From contig NW_005434637.1 in assembly GCF_000315625.1 (NCBI RefSeq), positions 505,985 to 569,984 on the forward strand: DNA of 64,000 nt, written 5' to 3'. The notes below the pieces were generated by a model. The model searched no databases and had not been told where the DNA came from. It worked only from the letters and a program-made list of their open reading frames with translations. Shown in pieces: positions 13,201-26,048 of the stretch. Position numbers and translations under genes: made by a program. Numbering within the stretch: position 1 is the stretch's first letter; the number at the start of each line of letters is the position of its first letter. This stretch comes from Guillardia theta CCMP2712 (Eukaryota; Protista; Cryptophyta).

Positions 13201-13538
13201 GCTCTGAATGTGAAGTGACCAAATTTATCACGAGGATGGGGGGGTGAGGAAGTGAGTCCGCAGAGCTGCGACGCGAGTGCATCCGCTGTCATGTTGCTCA
13301 TGAAGGCAAAGGATCCCCTTCGTACCCAGACATCAGGCGCAGGCCTTCCCTGGGCGGCCACGTTGGACAGGAAAGAAATGTGGATGACCGCGAGGAAGAG
13401 CGTAACGACTCTCCCGCACGAGACATGCTTGAACCTCGCGCCTCCGTGCAACCTCAAAACTTTTTTCGTGGTGGGGAACGAAAGCACTTCTTCGGACTCG
13501 CCATGCACCACGGAAGTTCGAGCGGGAAGTTCTCCCAT
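10274..13538 (-). CDS. Large secretory-pathway protein with C-terminal FkbM-family (Methyltransf_21) SAM methyltransferase domain, multi-exon
   Basis: Minus-strand exons give ITFVDIGANTGCFSML (about 11295-11345), VAAFEPIPNNYRVLLGNIAVNG, and KLDDIVERDSITNVRLIKIDSEGSEMEIL. A hydrophobic signal/anchor (VVTLFLAVIHISFLSNVAAQG) lies near the 5' end. Joining the N-terminal exons to the MTase exons is inferred. Confidence 0.72.
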
Positions 13539-13948
13539 GAGAGAGGAGGAGCAAGCAGTGAGCTTCCTCCTTCTGTTCTACTCCACCATCGTCATGCGCT
13601 CGATTCAGCATCGTCACCTTGTGTGGGCCTCCCACTCTGCCGTCATGTTCACAGGATCCCTTTCCCACTTCCCCCCTCATCCCCATCATACTCGGGGGTC
13701 AACCCGCGGTCAACCGCCGGCCTGCTGCCTGCAGTGCCGCCTGCTGTTCTGTCACAGTGCCTGCTGTTGGCCTGCTGCCGCAACCAGGGCGACGCCGCGA
13801 CTCGGCCCGGCCGGGCTGCCGGTAACTGATAGTAACCGTTGCAGGTCAACCCTGGGGCCCGAATCGGCCGCGGCAGCTCACGGCTCAGTGCGTTTTGAGC
13901 TGCAACGGTCACGGTCATATGGGAAGGCTACGATTTAATAACTGAGAG

Positions 13949-16900
13949 TCAGTGAAGGAGCTTCGAAGACTCGATGATGTTGCGAGAGATGCCGTCGGCC
14001 TCGGCCAGCGAGAAATCATGCAAAGGGACCTGCGAGGTCAGACGGTCAGACGAGAATCAAGCAGAGAGAAGGGCGAGCCTTGCGGATCTCTTGCCACAAG
14101 TTGGAGGAACTTGACAAGGGAAGGGACCGGGGAGCCTCCTCCTTGTGTACGATCTCCTTCTTCCGGGGCTGAGACTGAGTGGAGCGCGAGCTCTCCATGA
14201 CCTTTCGAGCATAGAGCTCAGACACAGTGCTGGGGGAGAAAATATGGTGGAGGGAGTGTACCTGGGAGGACGCAGGTTCTAGAGATCTGAGGGGATCAAC
14301 ATCAACATCGAGGATCATGTCGCCGACACTTCCTGCTCTCATTGCTATCAGTCTCGGGCAGCTGGGGAGGAGGAGGAGGAGGAGGAGGAGGAGGAGGAGG
14401 AGGAGGAGGAGGAGGAGGAGGAGGACCTCCAGTCTCTATCAAGGAGAGGTCTTCTTGCAGCTTCAACGCTCCACTCAAGGTTTGCGCCTGCTCGTTTCGA
14501 AGCCCCTCCCCTCCTTCGACCTTCTTGCTGTACTTGAGAATGCTCGCCAGCTCCCCTCGCCGCTCAGCAGCTCCGCTCCTGCACATGGTGAGCTTGAGCT
14601 TCGTTGGGTGGTAAGAAGGGAGGGATGACGATGACGAGGAGCAGCAGCAGGCGCAGAGGAAGTATGAGGAGGAAGAGGCGGTAAGTGGGGAGGGAATGGG
14701 TGTCGGAGAGGCTGGCAGGTACTGAAAGTGTAGGGCAAGGAGTTGGGTAGGAGAAACCTTGAAGGATCGTTTTCGATCACGTTGTGACTCGTCCTTTCCT
14801 TCGTGCTCTCTAACGGAAGGTAATGAGGAAAAACCACAACAAAATCCCTTTGACCTTTCGCTGCGTCTTGAAGATGCTTCCTCGACTGACAGCGGATCAA
14901 TCAGACAGGTCTTGTCAAATCACTTTCTCACCGCGAAGTTCAGGAGCGGAGAAGACGCAGGGGGGGATTTGGGACTTCGAAGCTCCAACGGCCTGAACGT
15001 GTCCGATGACATTCTAGTATCTTTTGAAGACGAAGGGCTGCAGACATCAAATCACATACGTGCGCCCCGGGTCAAACTTCCAAGAACCTGGTCGAGCTTG
15101 ACTCGCTGGTTTGGATCCCCCTCTCCAGCACCTGCCCGAGCTCAAGTCATCGGCAGCTTCTCCTCATGCTACCGGCGCCGGTCACCACGTCCTGCAGGAC
15201 TCTCTTGACTCCGTGCGCGACCGTGAGCTTGACCTTCGACCCTTCACTGCCCAGCAGGCATTCTGAAGACACAAGTCAGCTTCCTCCTCCGCCTCCTCTC
15301 CCGACCACACCAGCCGCCTCGTCTGCCCTCATCCGGTCCGTGGGCCTCCCATCGATTGCAACCTGAGCGATGGAAATATCAACGATAGAATTGTTGGGCA
15401 CAAGCGCATTCCAACCAGGCGATCGCCGATCTCGATGATCCCGCTCCTTCACATTCGTCACAGGTCGTTTGCAACCCAAAGTCTCAGCTCACTTCTGTGC
15501 AGGGCCGTTGGGGGTGAGGAAATCGAAGACCAGCTCTCCCTTCTTGTTCACTCTGAAATGAACCCCGACTCCTGCATCGTAAGATTAAGGACGTGACATC
15601 CACGAGGGGGTAACCTATGTTGTGCTTCCGAGGCCTGCCGTCGAAGAGAACCACCTCATCCTGACGCATCCCGTCTACATCTCACGATCACAAGCCTCCC
15701 TCGTCGCAACCTTTCGAACCTTGTGATTCACACCTGCTGAAGTGGAGCGAAGAATAAGTCGATGCTGGACATGTTGTAGACAAGCAATCTACCTGACCAC
15801 AGGGCTAGACTTCTTGCTTCCTTTGCTCTTCGATTCCATCAGATTGCGGCAGGTGCATTGCAGGACATACCTCGATCGATCGACGACTTGATACGTCAGG
15901 ATTGACCGATCCGACAAAACGTCGATTTGTCGGACTCTGCGGCGGAGTCGCGCTCTTTGAAACTCTCCTTCGCTCTGAGCTTTCTTGGCTTTCACCGGTC
16001 GCTCTCTTCTTCACTTGTAGAAGAATTTCATTCTTGTTGGGATGTCTTGAGAAGAAACCGAAGATGGTGTCCAAACCAAGGACTTCGTAATTGCTGTACA
16101 GTACCTGGCGATCTGCCTCCATGTAGGCAAAGTTTCTTGTTCCCGAGACAACAACGTTCGATTTTGTGCAAGATATTGTCAGCGTCGTGTTATAGTCACA
16201 ACCAATACAATCCTTGGCTTGGTTATTAAGCTCCAACGATGCTCTAGGAACGTAGAGTTTCGTGACATGCTCCCCGTTCACGTAGGAGCTCTTGAGCAAA
16301 TAATCCTTCTCATTGTGCTTCAGGATGCACAATTTTTCTGTGAATGGAAACGATGCTTTTGTTTCAATCCTCAATTTCGATTCACGTGAGACGAAATGCA
16401 GCTCGTAGGGTTGACTGGGACTCAGAGAGTTTTGACCGGGTTGGTGAATCTTTTCTGGAATTTGGCAAACGAGTTTAGGGGGGCTGCTTGTCGATCGTTC
16501 TTGACTGAGGTCTTCATTGCCAACTGATGTGTCACTTGCACCAGCTACTTGCACCTGGAAAGACTTTGAATTCCAGGTTGGGAGGCGCTATTCATTCTAC
16601 CTGCTCGCTTGTGTGGAACTGGATCGGTTTTCCTTGGATGTTTTGCTCTCCGCCTTCTCGAGCAGAGGAAGGTGCTTTTTCCTCCTCCCTCGTAGCCTCT
16701 AGCTTCTTCAGATCTGCGTCCTTCTCTTGGAATGCGTTGAGGAGAACGAGGAAGTCGTTCTGAAGGCGATCTATGGCCTGCGTCAACTCATCGTTGAGTG
16801 CCTGAAGGCTGTGTGAGCGCTCTTGGAGTTCAACATGCTGCAGACGATCAACTCTAAGATTCTCGATGAGCCTCGAACTGATCTCTGCTTTCTCTTCCAC

Positions 16901-17083
16901 CCGCATGAAAAGTTGCTGAAGCTGGCAATTATCAAGGTCCCTGGATAATGTTAGGAGATTAATATCTTGTCCTTTCGCTAGTATGTCCTTCATGCTGTAG
17001 GCTGGAGGAAGCTTTGGCCAGAGGATCTGCCTCAAGCTCCTCAGGGATAAGAAGAGCGCTTCCTCCTCGGCGCGCGTCGTCAT
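13949..17083 (-). CDS. Hypothetical multi-exon protein with an N-terminal coiled coil
   Basis: Long ORFs 16592-17083 (heptad-like LQALNDELTQAIDRLQNDF) and 15805-16554, plus further exons flanked by GT-AG. No family recognised. The 3' end is uncertain. Confidence 0.5.
14366..14424. repeat. (GGA/CCT)n trinucleotide microsatellite, about 19 units
   Basis: Directly visible. Confidence 0.95.
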
Positions 17084-17612
17084 TCGGTTTTAACCCTGCG
17101 AAAATGACAAGTTATCAGGCAGTCACGACAGCTTCTGAGGAGAAGTTTTCGAGGGTCTGTGGCTGAGCAAAGACAATTGTGATGATCAATGGTGGTGGTG
17201 GTGAGGATGATGATGATGGGAGGTGATGGTGAGGAGGAGAAGGAAGGAGAGAAGAGGTCGCGGCGGATCTCGAGGTAAAGCCATGAGCCCTCTATGTCCG
17301 CACAGCATCGTCGGGGATCGGCTTTGATTTGCAGCCAAGTCACCCCACCCACCCCACCCTTATTGTAAAAAGCCATGACTACCCCACCTAGATTTAGGTG
17401 TGAAGGGGGTGGATGGGTCGGAATCCCTTCATGGGGGTGGGATGCTTCATGGGGGTGTGGAGGGGTGGGTAGCGGCATGGACGTCAAGTAGGGGTTACAA
17501 TCCCAGACGGAGAATAGTGACGAGGGGGTAGGTGGGCGTATTTGACTTAGATAGTAACTGTTATGTAACGGTTCCAACAAATCGGCGCGGCGGCCTGCAC
17601 TGCTGTTTGACT

Positions 17613-19204
17613 CTAGTCAGACAGGCTGACTGATGGTTTCTTCCTGATCAAACAGAACAAGAAACATTCCAGCGACTCCGCAGCCTCGCAACCCTCGCAC
17701 TCCTAGTCAGTGAGTGAGTGAGTAAGGGAGGGAGGGAGGGAGGCAGGGAGGGAAGCCAATCACAATGACTCACAGAGAGCGATTTGCTCATGTCAATGAG
17801 CTCGAAGAACTTTGGGGCCAGTTTGAGCAAAGTCTGAAGTGCAGGCGTGTCATTGCCTACAGCCAACGAAGTGAAGCAGGCCACTCACCTTGTGAGCTTC
17901 CGGGCATCTTTCTTGCATGCACAGCCAGATCGTGGACTTGTCGTGAGAAACCCGGTAAAGAAGTCGAAGCAACGGCTCAACCTGGAGTGAGAGTGAGAGC
18001 TATCAGAATCGGGCCGATCAGCCCGGGGCCCGCGAGCACGACGGGGAGGGAAGAAACTCACGAGCTTCACATTGAAGATGACATCGGTCCCCACAATCAC
18101 GTCAAAAGGAGCATGTGAGGCTGGAAGATAGTCAGAGCACACTGTGGATTCATGACCAGGACCTCACTGGTCTCAAGAGTCTTGATGTCATCCTCATCGC
18201 TCCAGTTCACCTACAACGTTGGTAGCAGAGAGGAGATGTAAGATGAGATTGCCATCATGCAGGAGATCAGACCCGCAGGGCTGTGGGTGGAAAATCCTTG
18301 TTCACCTTCACAAAGTCATTCCCTCGTGCGAGGGCCATGCGATTGGGCCATGCGAGTACAAGGCTACAAGCGTACCTTGCTGTTCCTTTCCACGTTCCTT
18401 CTGAGGTTCTTCATCGCTTCTTCCGCCTCGGTCAGCACCACCTGAATCATCCTCAATGCTCCACTACTCCTTCCACTCCAGAGGCCTGCCTGTGCTCCCA
18501 AATTCGCGAGTATCAGCCCCAGTAGGCCGCACCCTGCTCCGACTTCCAACACCTTCGGAATTCATTACAAGGGATTATCGTGCAGCTCTCATTATTTTCA
18601 CCGTTGTCGGTCTGTTTTTGGATTTCGCAGAAGAGCTCTTGAGTTTCCTCTTTTTGTTCGGAACTGGTTCTGTTCCCGTTGATCAAGACCAGTTGGGCAG
18701 CTGTGAATCATTCACCTTCTGGCCCTTCAGCGTTGCCCCTTTTCCTCGCCCCTTCATTTCCTTGAACAGTTGTCTCTAGGGATTCATCTGCCTTATCCCA
18801 TCCTAAACGATCAAGTCCTCTTCGCTTTGCACATCGTTCAGGCCATTTCGGACTGGAAAATTCTCTTTCCTTCTCCTACCTCGAGGAAACATCCCAGGAA
18901 GAAAGCAGTTTCCCATATAATGCCACCTGTACCTTTTGGAAGTCACAATCAATACTTGTTGACATGCATTCAAACTCGATGATTACAGTTTTTAATGTCT
19001 CTCTCTTGTTCAATATCTATCTTACGCCCGCTCGCACATTTATACTGCACACTCCTGCAAACGAAGCAAGATTATCATTGCAGGAACGACATGGCAGGCA
19101 CTTGTCCTCAATCATGTGTGACAAGTTACTCGCCTGGAGTTTGCAAGCTCGAAGAACACATCCGATGCTTCTGCTCCCGCCGCTACCGGCTCATACAGCA
19201 CCAT
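17613..19204 (-). CDS. Methyltransf_16 (METTL21/EEF2KMT-like) protein-lysine methyltransferase, multi-exon
   Basis: GTGGIIWETAFFLGCFL, motif I (VLEVGAGCGLLGLILANLGA), VVLTEAEEAMKNLRRNV, VNWSDEDD, and FDVIVGTDVIFN (the DxxY/F motif). Confidence 0.88.
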
Positions 19205-19364
19205 TAGATGCGCATCCGCCCGCCTAGTCCGCCTCAGGACCCGCTACCTACTGAGGGTGGTGGGATGTCCAGGGGTGGGGTGCCTGTCAGGTAGCCATTG
19301 GGTAGCACCAGGGGTTGGCCCGCCCCACGCAAACCCTGCAGACCCGGGCATCAGTCGCACAGGC

Positions 19365-21462
19365 ATGCCAGCAGGTGCTATGCGGCAGGAAGCGCATGCC
19401 GCGGCAGCCTGGGCGATCACTGTCGCACTGATGATGGTGCCATCGAACGCTGAAGCTCTCCTCGCCCATTCGTCTGCCTATCGCACTTCTACCCCCTCCC
19501 TGCTCGGAAACACCCGTCTTTCGCTTCGCAAATCCCCCCTCGTTGCAATTCATCTTCGCGGCGGGAACGGAGAGGATTTGCAGAAGGAAGATGTTGGAAC
19601 GCTGACACAGAATGGAGGCGAGAATGCTACATCAAACAAGACTTGTCCCCATGGAGTCGCCTTGTCTTCTGATGAACGTTGCTCGAATTGTGAAGTACTT
19701 GGTGCGTATCCACAGCATGCTGCTACTTTGTGATGAGGTGTTGCAGCTTTCATTCGTAGATGCGCCTTCGTCTTACAGAGACTAGGGGGCAAAGCAAACA
19801 CTACTGAGTTTGCCAACACATGGTCATCTCTATTCTCATCGCTGAAGCCCATGACTGCTGAGTCCGCACGAGAGAATGTGGCCCCCGCGATGAACGCAAC
19901 AGGATACTTCATCATTGAGGATATCGAGGGGAGCGAGGATAAAATGTTGGCTTGCAATGCTTTACGATGCAAATTTTGATTTTTTTTCCAAGGATGTCCT
20001 TCAGCGAGAAGGCACAGCGAACATGTCCCCACGGCGTTCCGCTGGATTCGCCAGAGCGTTGTATGGCATGCGAAGAAATATCATTCCTTCGTAGATGGTG
20101 ATATGGAAGGCATCCAAGTCAAGTCTGACTTCGTGTAATCAAGTGAGAAAATCATCACGGAAGCCGGTGGCTCGATTGACACCATATCCTTTGCCGACAA
20201 GTGGAACGAGGTGATTGACAGCAATTGCCTCATGAAAGCTGAAAGTTGATACAAGGAGTTCAATGCTACTGGGTCTGCAGACGCAATGACTTCTGAAGCA
20301 GCTGCAACGAAGGTGCTTCTTTTTCTAGAAGTCTGAGGTCATGACTGTCTTCCAGGTGTCCAAAATTCTCGCATCGAGTGGATTGTTCTTGGTGATAGGT
20401 AAACGTCAAAGTAATTTGCATACATTTATCAGATCACAATGCCCAATAGATACAGAAGATCCTGGAATCAAGACATTCACAATTAGACCTCAACCTGAGG
20501 AGGTCTGTCAAGGATATATCAAAATTTCGCTTACATTGTTATCTCAGTGTCCTCACGGTGTCAGTTTTGCTTCTCAAGATGCATGCGACTTCTGCTCTCA
20601 ACTTCAATTTGTGCAGGTTTGATTCTGCATGAGATCCTCTTTTTGCAACTCTCACGGATGATACAGGCTTGTGCTTATGTTTTGCAAAAGTCCGACGGAC
20701 AGCTGACTGCAAAGGAATTCTGGTTCTAATGAGTTGTTCTTCGCATGTTCATCAAATTTGATTCTTCTTATAGCAATAAGTGGCGCCAAACTTTTCCAAA
20801 TCAACCAGAGATACCAGAAGATCAGGTATCAGTGCGGAGTCAAGTGGATCTCAGATGTTTGAATCTTCATTTAGGCCAAGACAACCATCGCCCAAGTGCT
20901 CAACGCTACAGGAGTGTTCAAGTCAGCTCATGTTACAACCAGCCTTCGAACTTCTAAACAACATGCAGGACAACTGAAACGGAGGAGAATGACATCCTGT
21001 TTGAATTCACTGAGAATACCCAGGAGGCCTTTCAAGATTATCAGGTACTGCAGTTTTTCTCAACAGAAGTAACGGTTCAATTTCTGCTCAGCGTGCTCTG
21101 ATTCAAGAGGCGATGTATGCACATGCAGAGAAAGAAAAGGAAGAGAAGAAAGAGGTTGGCTTTGTATTCAGTGATATTCTTTGAGATCTCGTCTGCTTTC
21201 AGGAAATCCAACAACAATTGGCTGGAGATGACATCGCTTACGAAATCCCCAAGTCTGATTCTGTACGAGAATTCATGTTACATGCCGGAACTGAGGCTTA
21301 AACAGGAAAAGTCAAAGAAAGTTGGTTTGGGTGCACTATTGGACTAACCAAGCCATCCAGAAGTCGGAGCCTGCCCACGGGTCGTACATTGAATGCTACT
21401 TCGGCAACAAAACAGCACAGCGGCAGGATTGTCTCGTATACGTACTATCAATGATACGCTGA
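19365..21462 (+). CDS. Signal/transit-peptide protein with duplicated CPHG-x8-C-x2-C plus helical (winged-helix-like) modules, multi-exon
   Basis: Hydrophobic leader (AAAAWAITVALMMVPSNAEA), Ser/Arg-rich spacer ending HLRGG. Two related modules: CPHGVALSSDERCSNCE..FIRRCAFVLQRLGGKANTTEFANTWSSLF and CPHGVSFASQDACDFCSQLQFVQACAYVLQKSDGQLTAKEF..KWRQTF. The 3' end is approximate. Confidence 0.6.
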
Positions 21463-22141
21463 GTAATGTAAACTCGCTCTGACGCTGCGTCGGACTCCGT
21501 CGGTCCGCGAGGCCATCAAGTGGGCTTCAAGTCACAGAGTCACAGTGTCGGACTTCGAGTCAAGTAGTGGCAATGATTTACGAGCCTCGGAGTCACGAGG
21601 CGAGTCACCGCCCGTCCGGGCCGCGGGCGGTGGGCCCGCCCGGGACCCTACCATATGGTCGGATTAGTGGGGGGGGGGGGGGGGGGGGGCATGAAGACTT
21701 GCCAGGTACATGGTGGGGTGGTAAAAGTAGATACATGCTGTATCAGACCTGGTGGGGTGGGTCAGCCCTCATTGGATAGGGTAGGGTGCTTGGAGCTTTG
21801 GAGCATCCGCATGTGCAATGCGCAGGGAGCAGTGATCCGAGGAGGACGAGGACGATGACAAGAGCAGCGAAGAAAGAGAGACTGCAAGAAAGGAAGTAGT
21901 TAGTAAGCAAGAGAGCAAATCAATGGTTTTGATGCGTAGAGGTAGACTTTTTGAGTTGAAACAGCTTGCAATCATATAGCACGATTGCATGTATAGAAAG
22001 GGGCTAGCTGGAAATGAATGCAGGAAAAAGAAAGATGTAGTATGGAGGATTGCAAACAATGGTAGATGAAGAGTTGAGTTGAGTGGTTTGACTGAAGCAA
22101 TGATGATGTTGCTTGCCAGCAATTGTTCACCACTATTCAGA

Positions 22142-22688
22142 ATGAGCGACGAAAGGTGTGCGGCCAACATTGCTTTGTCCTCCCTGACTGACGACACCCA
22201 GTGAGAATGAAGTTGACATGGGAGAGGAAGAAAATGACATGGAGGACGACAAGGAAGAACCCCAGGAATACCAGAAGCACGTTGACTCCACAGTGCACGA
22301 CGAAGACGACCCAGGTCTCTCATGATTTTTCGCATTTCTGATCGCCTTGTCTGACATGTTTGCAGAGCTCCAGGAGAACCATGTTGAGTTGACGCCGATC
22401 AAGGATCGACTGACAACACCCTACATGACCAAGTATGAGCGAGCCCGCGTGCTGGGCACCCGTGCGCTGCAGATCAGCATGAACGCTCCAGTCCTGACGA
22501 GCGTCCCCGGGAGTGAGTCTGACCCGCTGAGGATCGCGATGAAGGAGCTCAAGGATGGCAAGATTCCGTTTGTGATACGGAGGTACGGAGAAGTCATTGA
22601 CCAGGAAATCTTCTCACATTGTTTCTCAAGGTACTTGCCAGATGGCAGCTTCGAGGATTGGCCGATTGCTGATCTGATCTATGACTAA
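22142..22688 (+). CDS. RPB6: DNA-directed RNA polymerases I/II/III subunit RPABC2 (Rpb6), multi-exon
   Basis: [60 protein letters not shown], preceded by acidic N-terminal exons. Confidence 0.97.
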
Positions 22689-22879
22689 GTTATCCCATTG
22701 ATGATTTCAAATTTCATCTTGTAAATATCGTTGAAGCTTCCGTTGACTTCACTTCAATCAAGAATTTATGAGGGCAGCCAAAGTCCTTTAACATCAAACA
22801 TATTATTTTCAAGGCTTCGTCGTTTCATGCCGTTGCATTCTACTAACATGGTCATTCCAAATCGAAGATTCACACGATC

Positions 22880-25455
22880 TCAACTTACAAGTCTGTGTAT
22901 CAGTTGAATTTGCTTTCCTTTCTTCTCAAGCTTGTCGATCACCTGATTGTTTGACTTACAAGATGAAAAAAGCCAACACATCACGCATACACTCTTGAGA
23001 GCGACATTGAGTTGCTGGGCATCAAACTGACTTTCCTCGGTTCCTTGCACCTGTAGATGTTCATTCAACCTCCCTAGTCCAAGAAAGGAGGACAGAAGGG
23101 CGAGGAAGATAAGAAGGAGCCTTCTGGGCGATCGAGATAGGCAAATTTACTATACCTGCGCACAGATGTCCTTGTATTGGCGTCTGAGATGAAGTATCTC
23201 TTCTAAGATCTCTTCCTCCAAGATCTTCACTTCGTCCTGTTCTCGAAAGTCATCAACACCCATCGGCGTCACCTCTGAAGCCACCTTGGGGATCTGAGTC
23301 TGCATGAAATCTGTTTTGACACAAACTTCTGTGAGCACAATCTCCCGATGGATATCACACAAGTGGACATCACCAGATATCTTAGACACCTGGCCTCCCT
23401 TCTGCCGCTCTGTTGGGCTCCTCTTCGCTTGCATGTTGGCTACCCGCATGATCAGCAAGGAGCCAGGAGCCAGCACGGCAGGAGGAACTACCTGTCTTGG
23501 GACGATACTTGACATCTTCCTCCAGGCTCTGCCTCACGCGGGAGCTCGCTGAAATCGTATCGTCAACTGTGCCTTGGCAGTCGAACGCGGCAACCTGTGG
23601 CAACTGCAGAGGCTGGACTCTTCTTCCGACGAACGCGCTTCGGGGCAGCAAGAGATGAGCCTTGGCTAGCGGGAATCCTTGTCGAGTTGCCGCCGCTCAT
23701 TTCTTCCTGCAAAATCGACTTGTGCTGAGCCGAGAAGTCGCCGAGCGAAGCCTCGCACACCTGGAACGTTTTGGTTACACTCAATTCACGCGCGCGCGAT
23801 AAGTTGTAGACAACTTTTGAGAGAAGTTGTTCGTTGATGAGTAGAACATTCTGCAAAGAAGATTCAAGCTGCCGTTTCTCAGACAGAATTGCTGTCTTGT
23901 CTGCTGCAATGGACGAGATTTCATCATCCTGCTACAATATTAGCCCTTGTCAATGAGCAATTTCATCAGGACCTGTACAGTGATGCGGCTTTGAGCAGTC
24001 TTGACCTGAACAGACTCAGTCGGCATTGATTGTAGCGTTGCAAACTGTTTCGATTACTTGATCTCGGAGTGTGAGGTTTTCGGTTCGTATTCCCTTGACA
24101 AGCTTGTCATTCATAACTTTTGCCCGCCGATCCACTCACCTCGTAGTCAGTCTCCAACCTTTCAAACTGAGCAAGCAGTGAGTTGACTCGCTCCTCTGAC
24201 TGCTTCTTTGACGTCTGCCCTCAGCAAAGGATCATTCTCAAGTGCCTGAGGTCGAAACTGTTGCGCACCTTCAACATGGAACATTCCTGCTCCAACCGCA
24301 ACAATTTCTCCGTGAGCTGCGTTGTGATGTCTTCGTCATCCTTGAGCTGTTAACGAGAATTGAGAACATAAGTTGGCAAGGCTTTCTTGCAAGTCACTTT
24401 GCGCTCGAGCTTCTCATTCACTTTGCGCAGTGCGACATCTGTATAACTGTCACTCACAACCTTCAGCATGGAAACCCAGCAGACCAGCAGCTTCAAGATC
24501 AGCCAGTGAGTGCTTCAGTCTCTGCAACTCATCATCTTTATGCCCGAGGTCCTTTCACAACGTCAGTTTCGATCAGGGGACGAGAAAAGATTTACACCTG
24601 TCTCACGGCCTGCAACTTAGACTGCAAGTGATAGTTTTCATCTTTAACCTCCGACAACCTTGTCTGTCGCAGAGACGCTTCAATATAGGGCATAGAGCAA
24701 CCAAGAGTACTCCTCACATTCATATTCTGCACAGAGTCTTGGAGTTCTTGTACAATCTGCTTGTTGTGTCTACCCAGGGTCAGCTCTCAGAATGACAGGC
24801 AGCTCTTAGATCACTTCTTGATTGAGTCAACTTCGGTCTCATGTCGAATGTTGAGCGTCTTGACAGATTCCTATCACAGCAGCCACTCAGCTCCATCAAC
24901 GGTCTACATGCATTGGACCAAACCTGAAGTTGAAGTTGCAGCTGTCGCTCAAGCAAGCGGTGCTGTTGATCCTCCTTCATGCCCACTCAGATCGCTTCAG
25001 CAAGCCTCTCTCTCATCCTACTCTCTCTCGAGCTTCCTCCGACTCCTTCAAACGCGTCTGTCCTACTTTCAGACAGGAGACAAAGTTGGTGGCAAATTCA
25101 AATCACCTGCAGCTGCTGCCTGTCATCCTCGAGCATCTTGATCTTGTCCTGATATTCTATTTCAGTCGTCATGGGTTTGTCCTGATTTCCTGAGACCTGC
25201 AACGTGCGCAAAGCTGAGAGAACAGCCTTGCTCGGCGGCCCGCCCGATCCATTCAGCGCCTGCAAACCATGTAGCATTTCAGCATGGGCCTCAAACATTA
25301 GTCAAGAACACCTGTAGGGGATGAGAGGAAGTCGAAAATCCTTCATAGTCATGATTCTCAAAGTCATGACTGCACAGGGGTCAGGCTGTGCAGGGAGGAA
25401 GACCAGAGGAATCAAGGCATGCTCACCGAATGTTCGCTTCCTTCAGCAGTGCCAT
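22880..25455 (-). CDS. CEP57/translokin-like centrosomal coiled-coil protein, multi-exon
   Basis: N-terminal SKAVLSALRTLQ/DKIKMLEDDRQQLQ resembles the Cep57 centrosome-localisation domain. C-terminal LEEEILHLRRQYKDI...LNVALKSVIDKLEKKGKQIQLI resembles the Cep57 microtubule-binding domain. The start is uncertain (25300-25640). Confidence 0.65.
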
Positions 25456-25973
25456 TCCGGTAGATGCAAAGGCAGGTGATTCGAAGAGAAGAATGTCAGG
25501 AGCAGAGGTGTTGTAAGCTCAGTTGAAGACTTGTGTCTAGCGGATCAGTTGCTGTCGGATGAGACCGTAGCCGCTGCCGTCGCCGTCGCCGTCGCCATCA
25601 TCGTCTATGGAAACATGAGCCGCCTTTTACCCGCCATTCGTGAAAAAATTCAAATCGGATACTCACGGATACTCACGGATACTTTTCACCATCGCAGAGG
25701 CCAGTGGGACGGTACCGCCGGGGGTGGCGCCCGGCCCGGCCGCGGCCCGGTCCGCCGGCCAGGCTCACGCTGCCGGTCCACTGAGGCGCCGGGCCCAGTG
25801 GGGTGCCAGACGCTTCTAGAAGAATTACTAATTATACTTATGATGATAGTATTTGTATCATATTCAATTATAACAACCTTAAAACCTTAGTGACATTACT
25901 TGAACTCCGACTCCGACTTCCCCACCATCCTCCTCATCCTCCTCCTCCCGACTCAACTTAGTCATCCCCACCA

Positions 25974-26023
25974 TCCTCCTCCTCCTCCTCCTCCTCCTCC
26001 TCCTCCTCCTCCTCCTCCTCCTC
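25974..26023. repeat. (CCT)n microsatellite
   Basis: Directly visible. Confidence 0.9.
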
Positions 26024-26048
26024 CGAATCTCTGGCCTGGCAGTGGCCA

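Noticed and set aside
13435-13460. LRLHGG as a third LRGG presequence motif in the FkbM gene
   Set aside because: It lies before, not after, the hydrophobic segment and lacks the Arg before GG.
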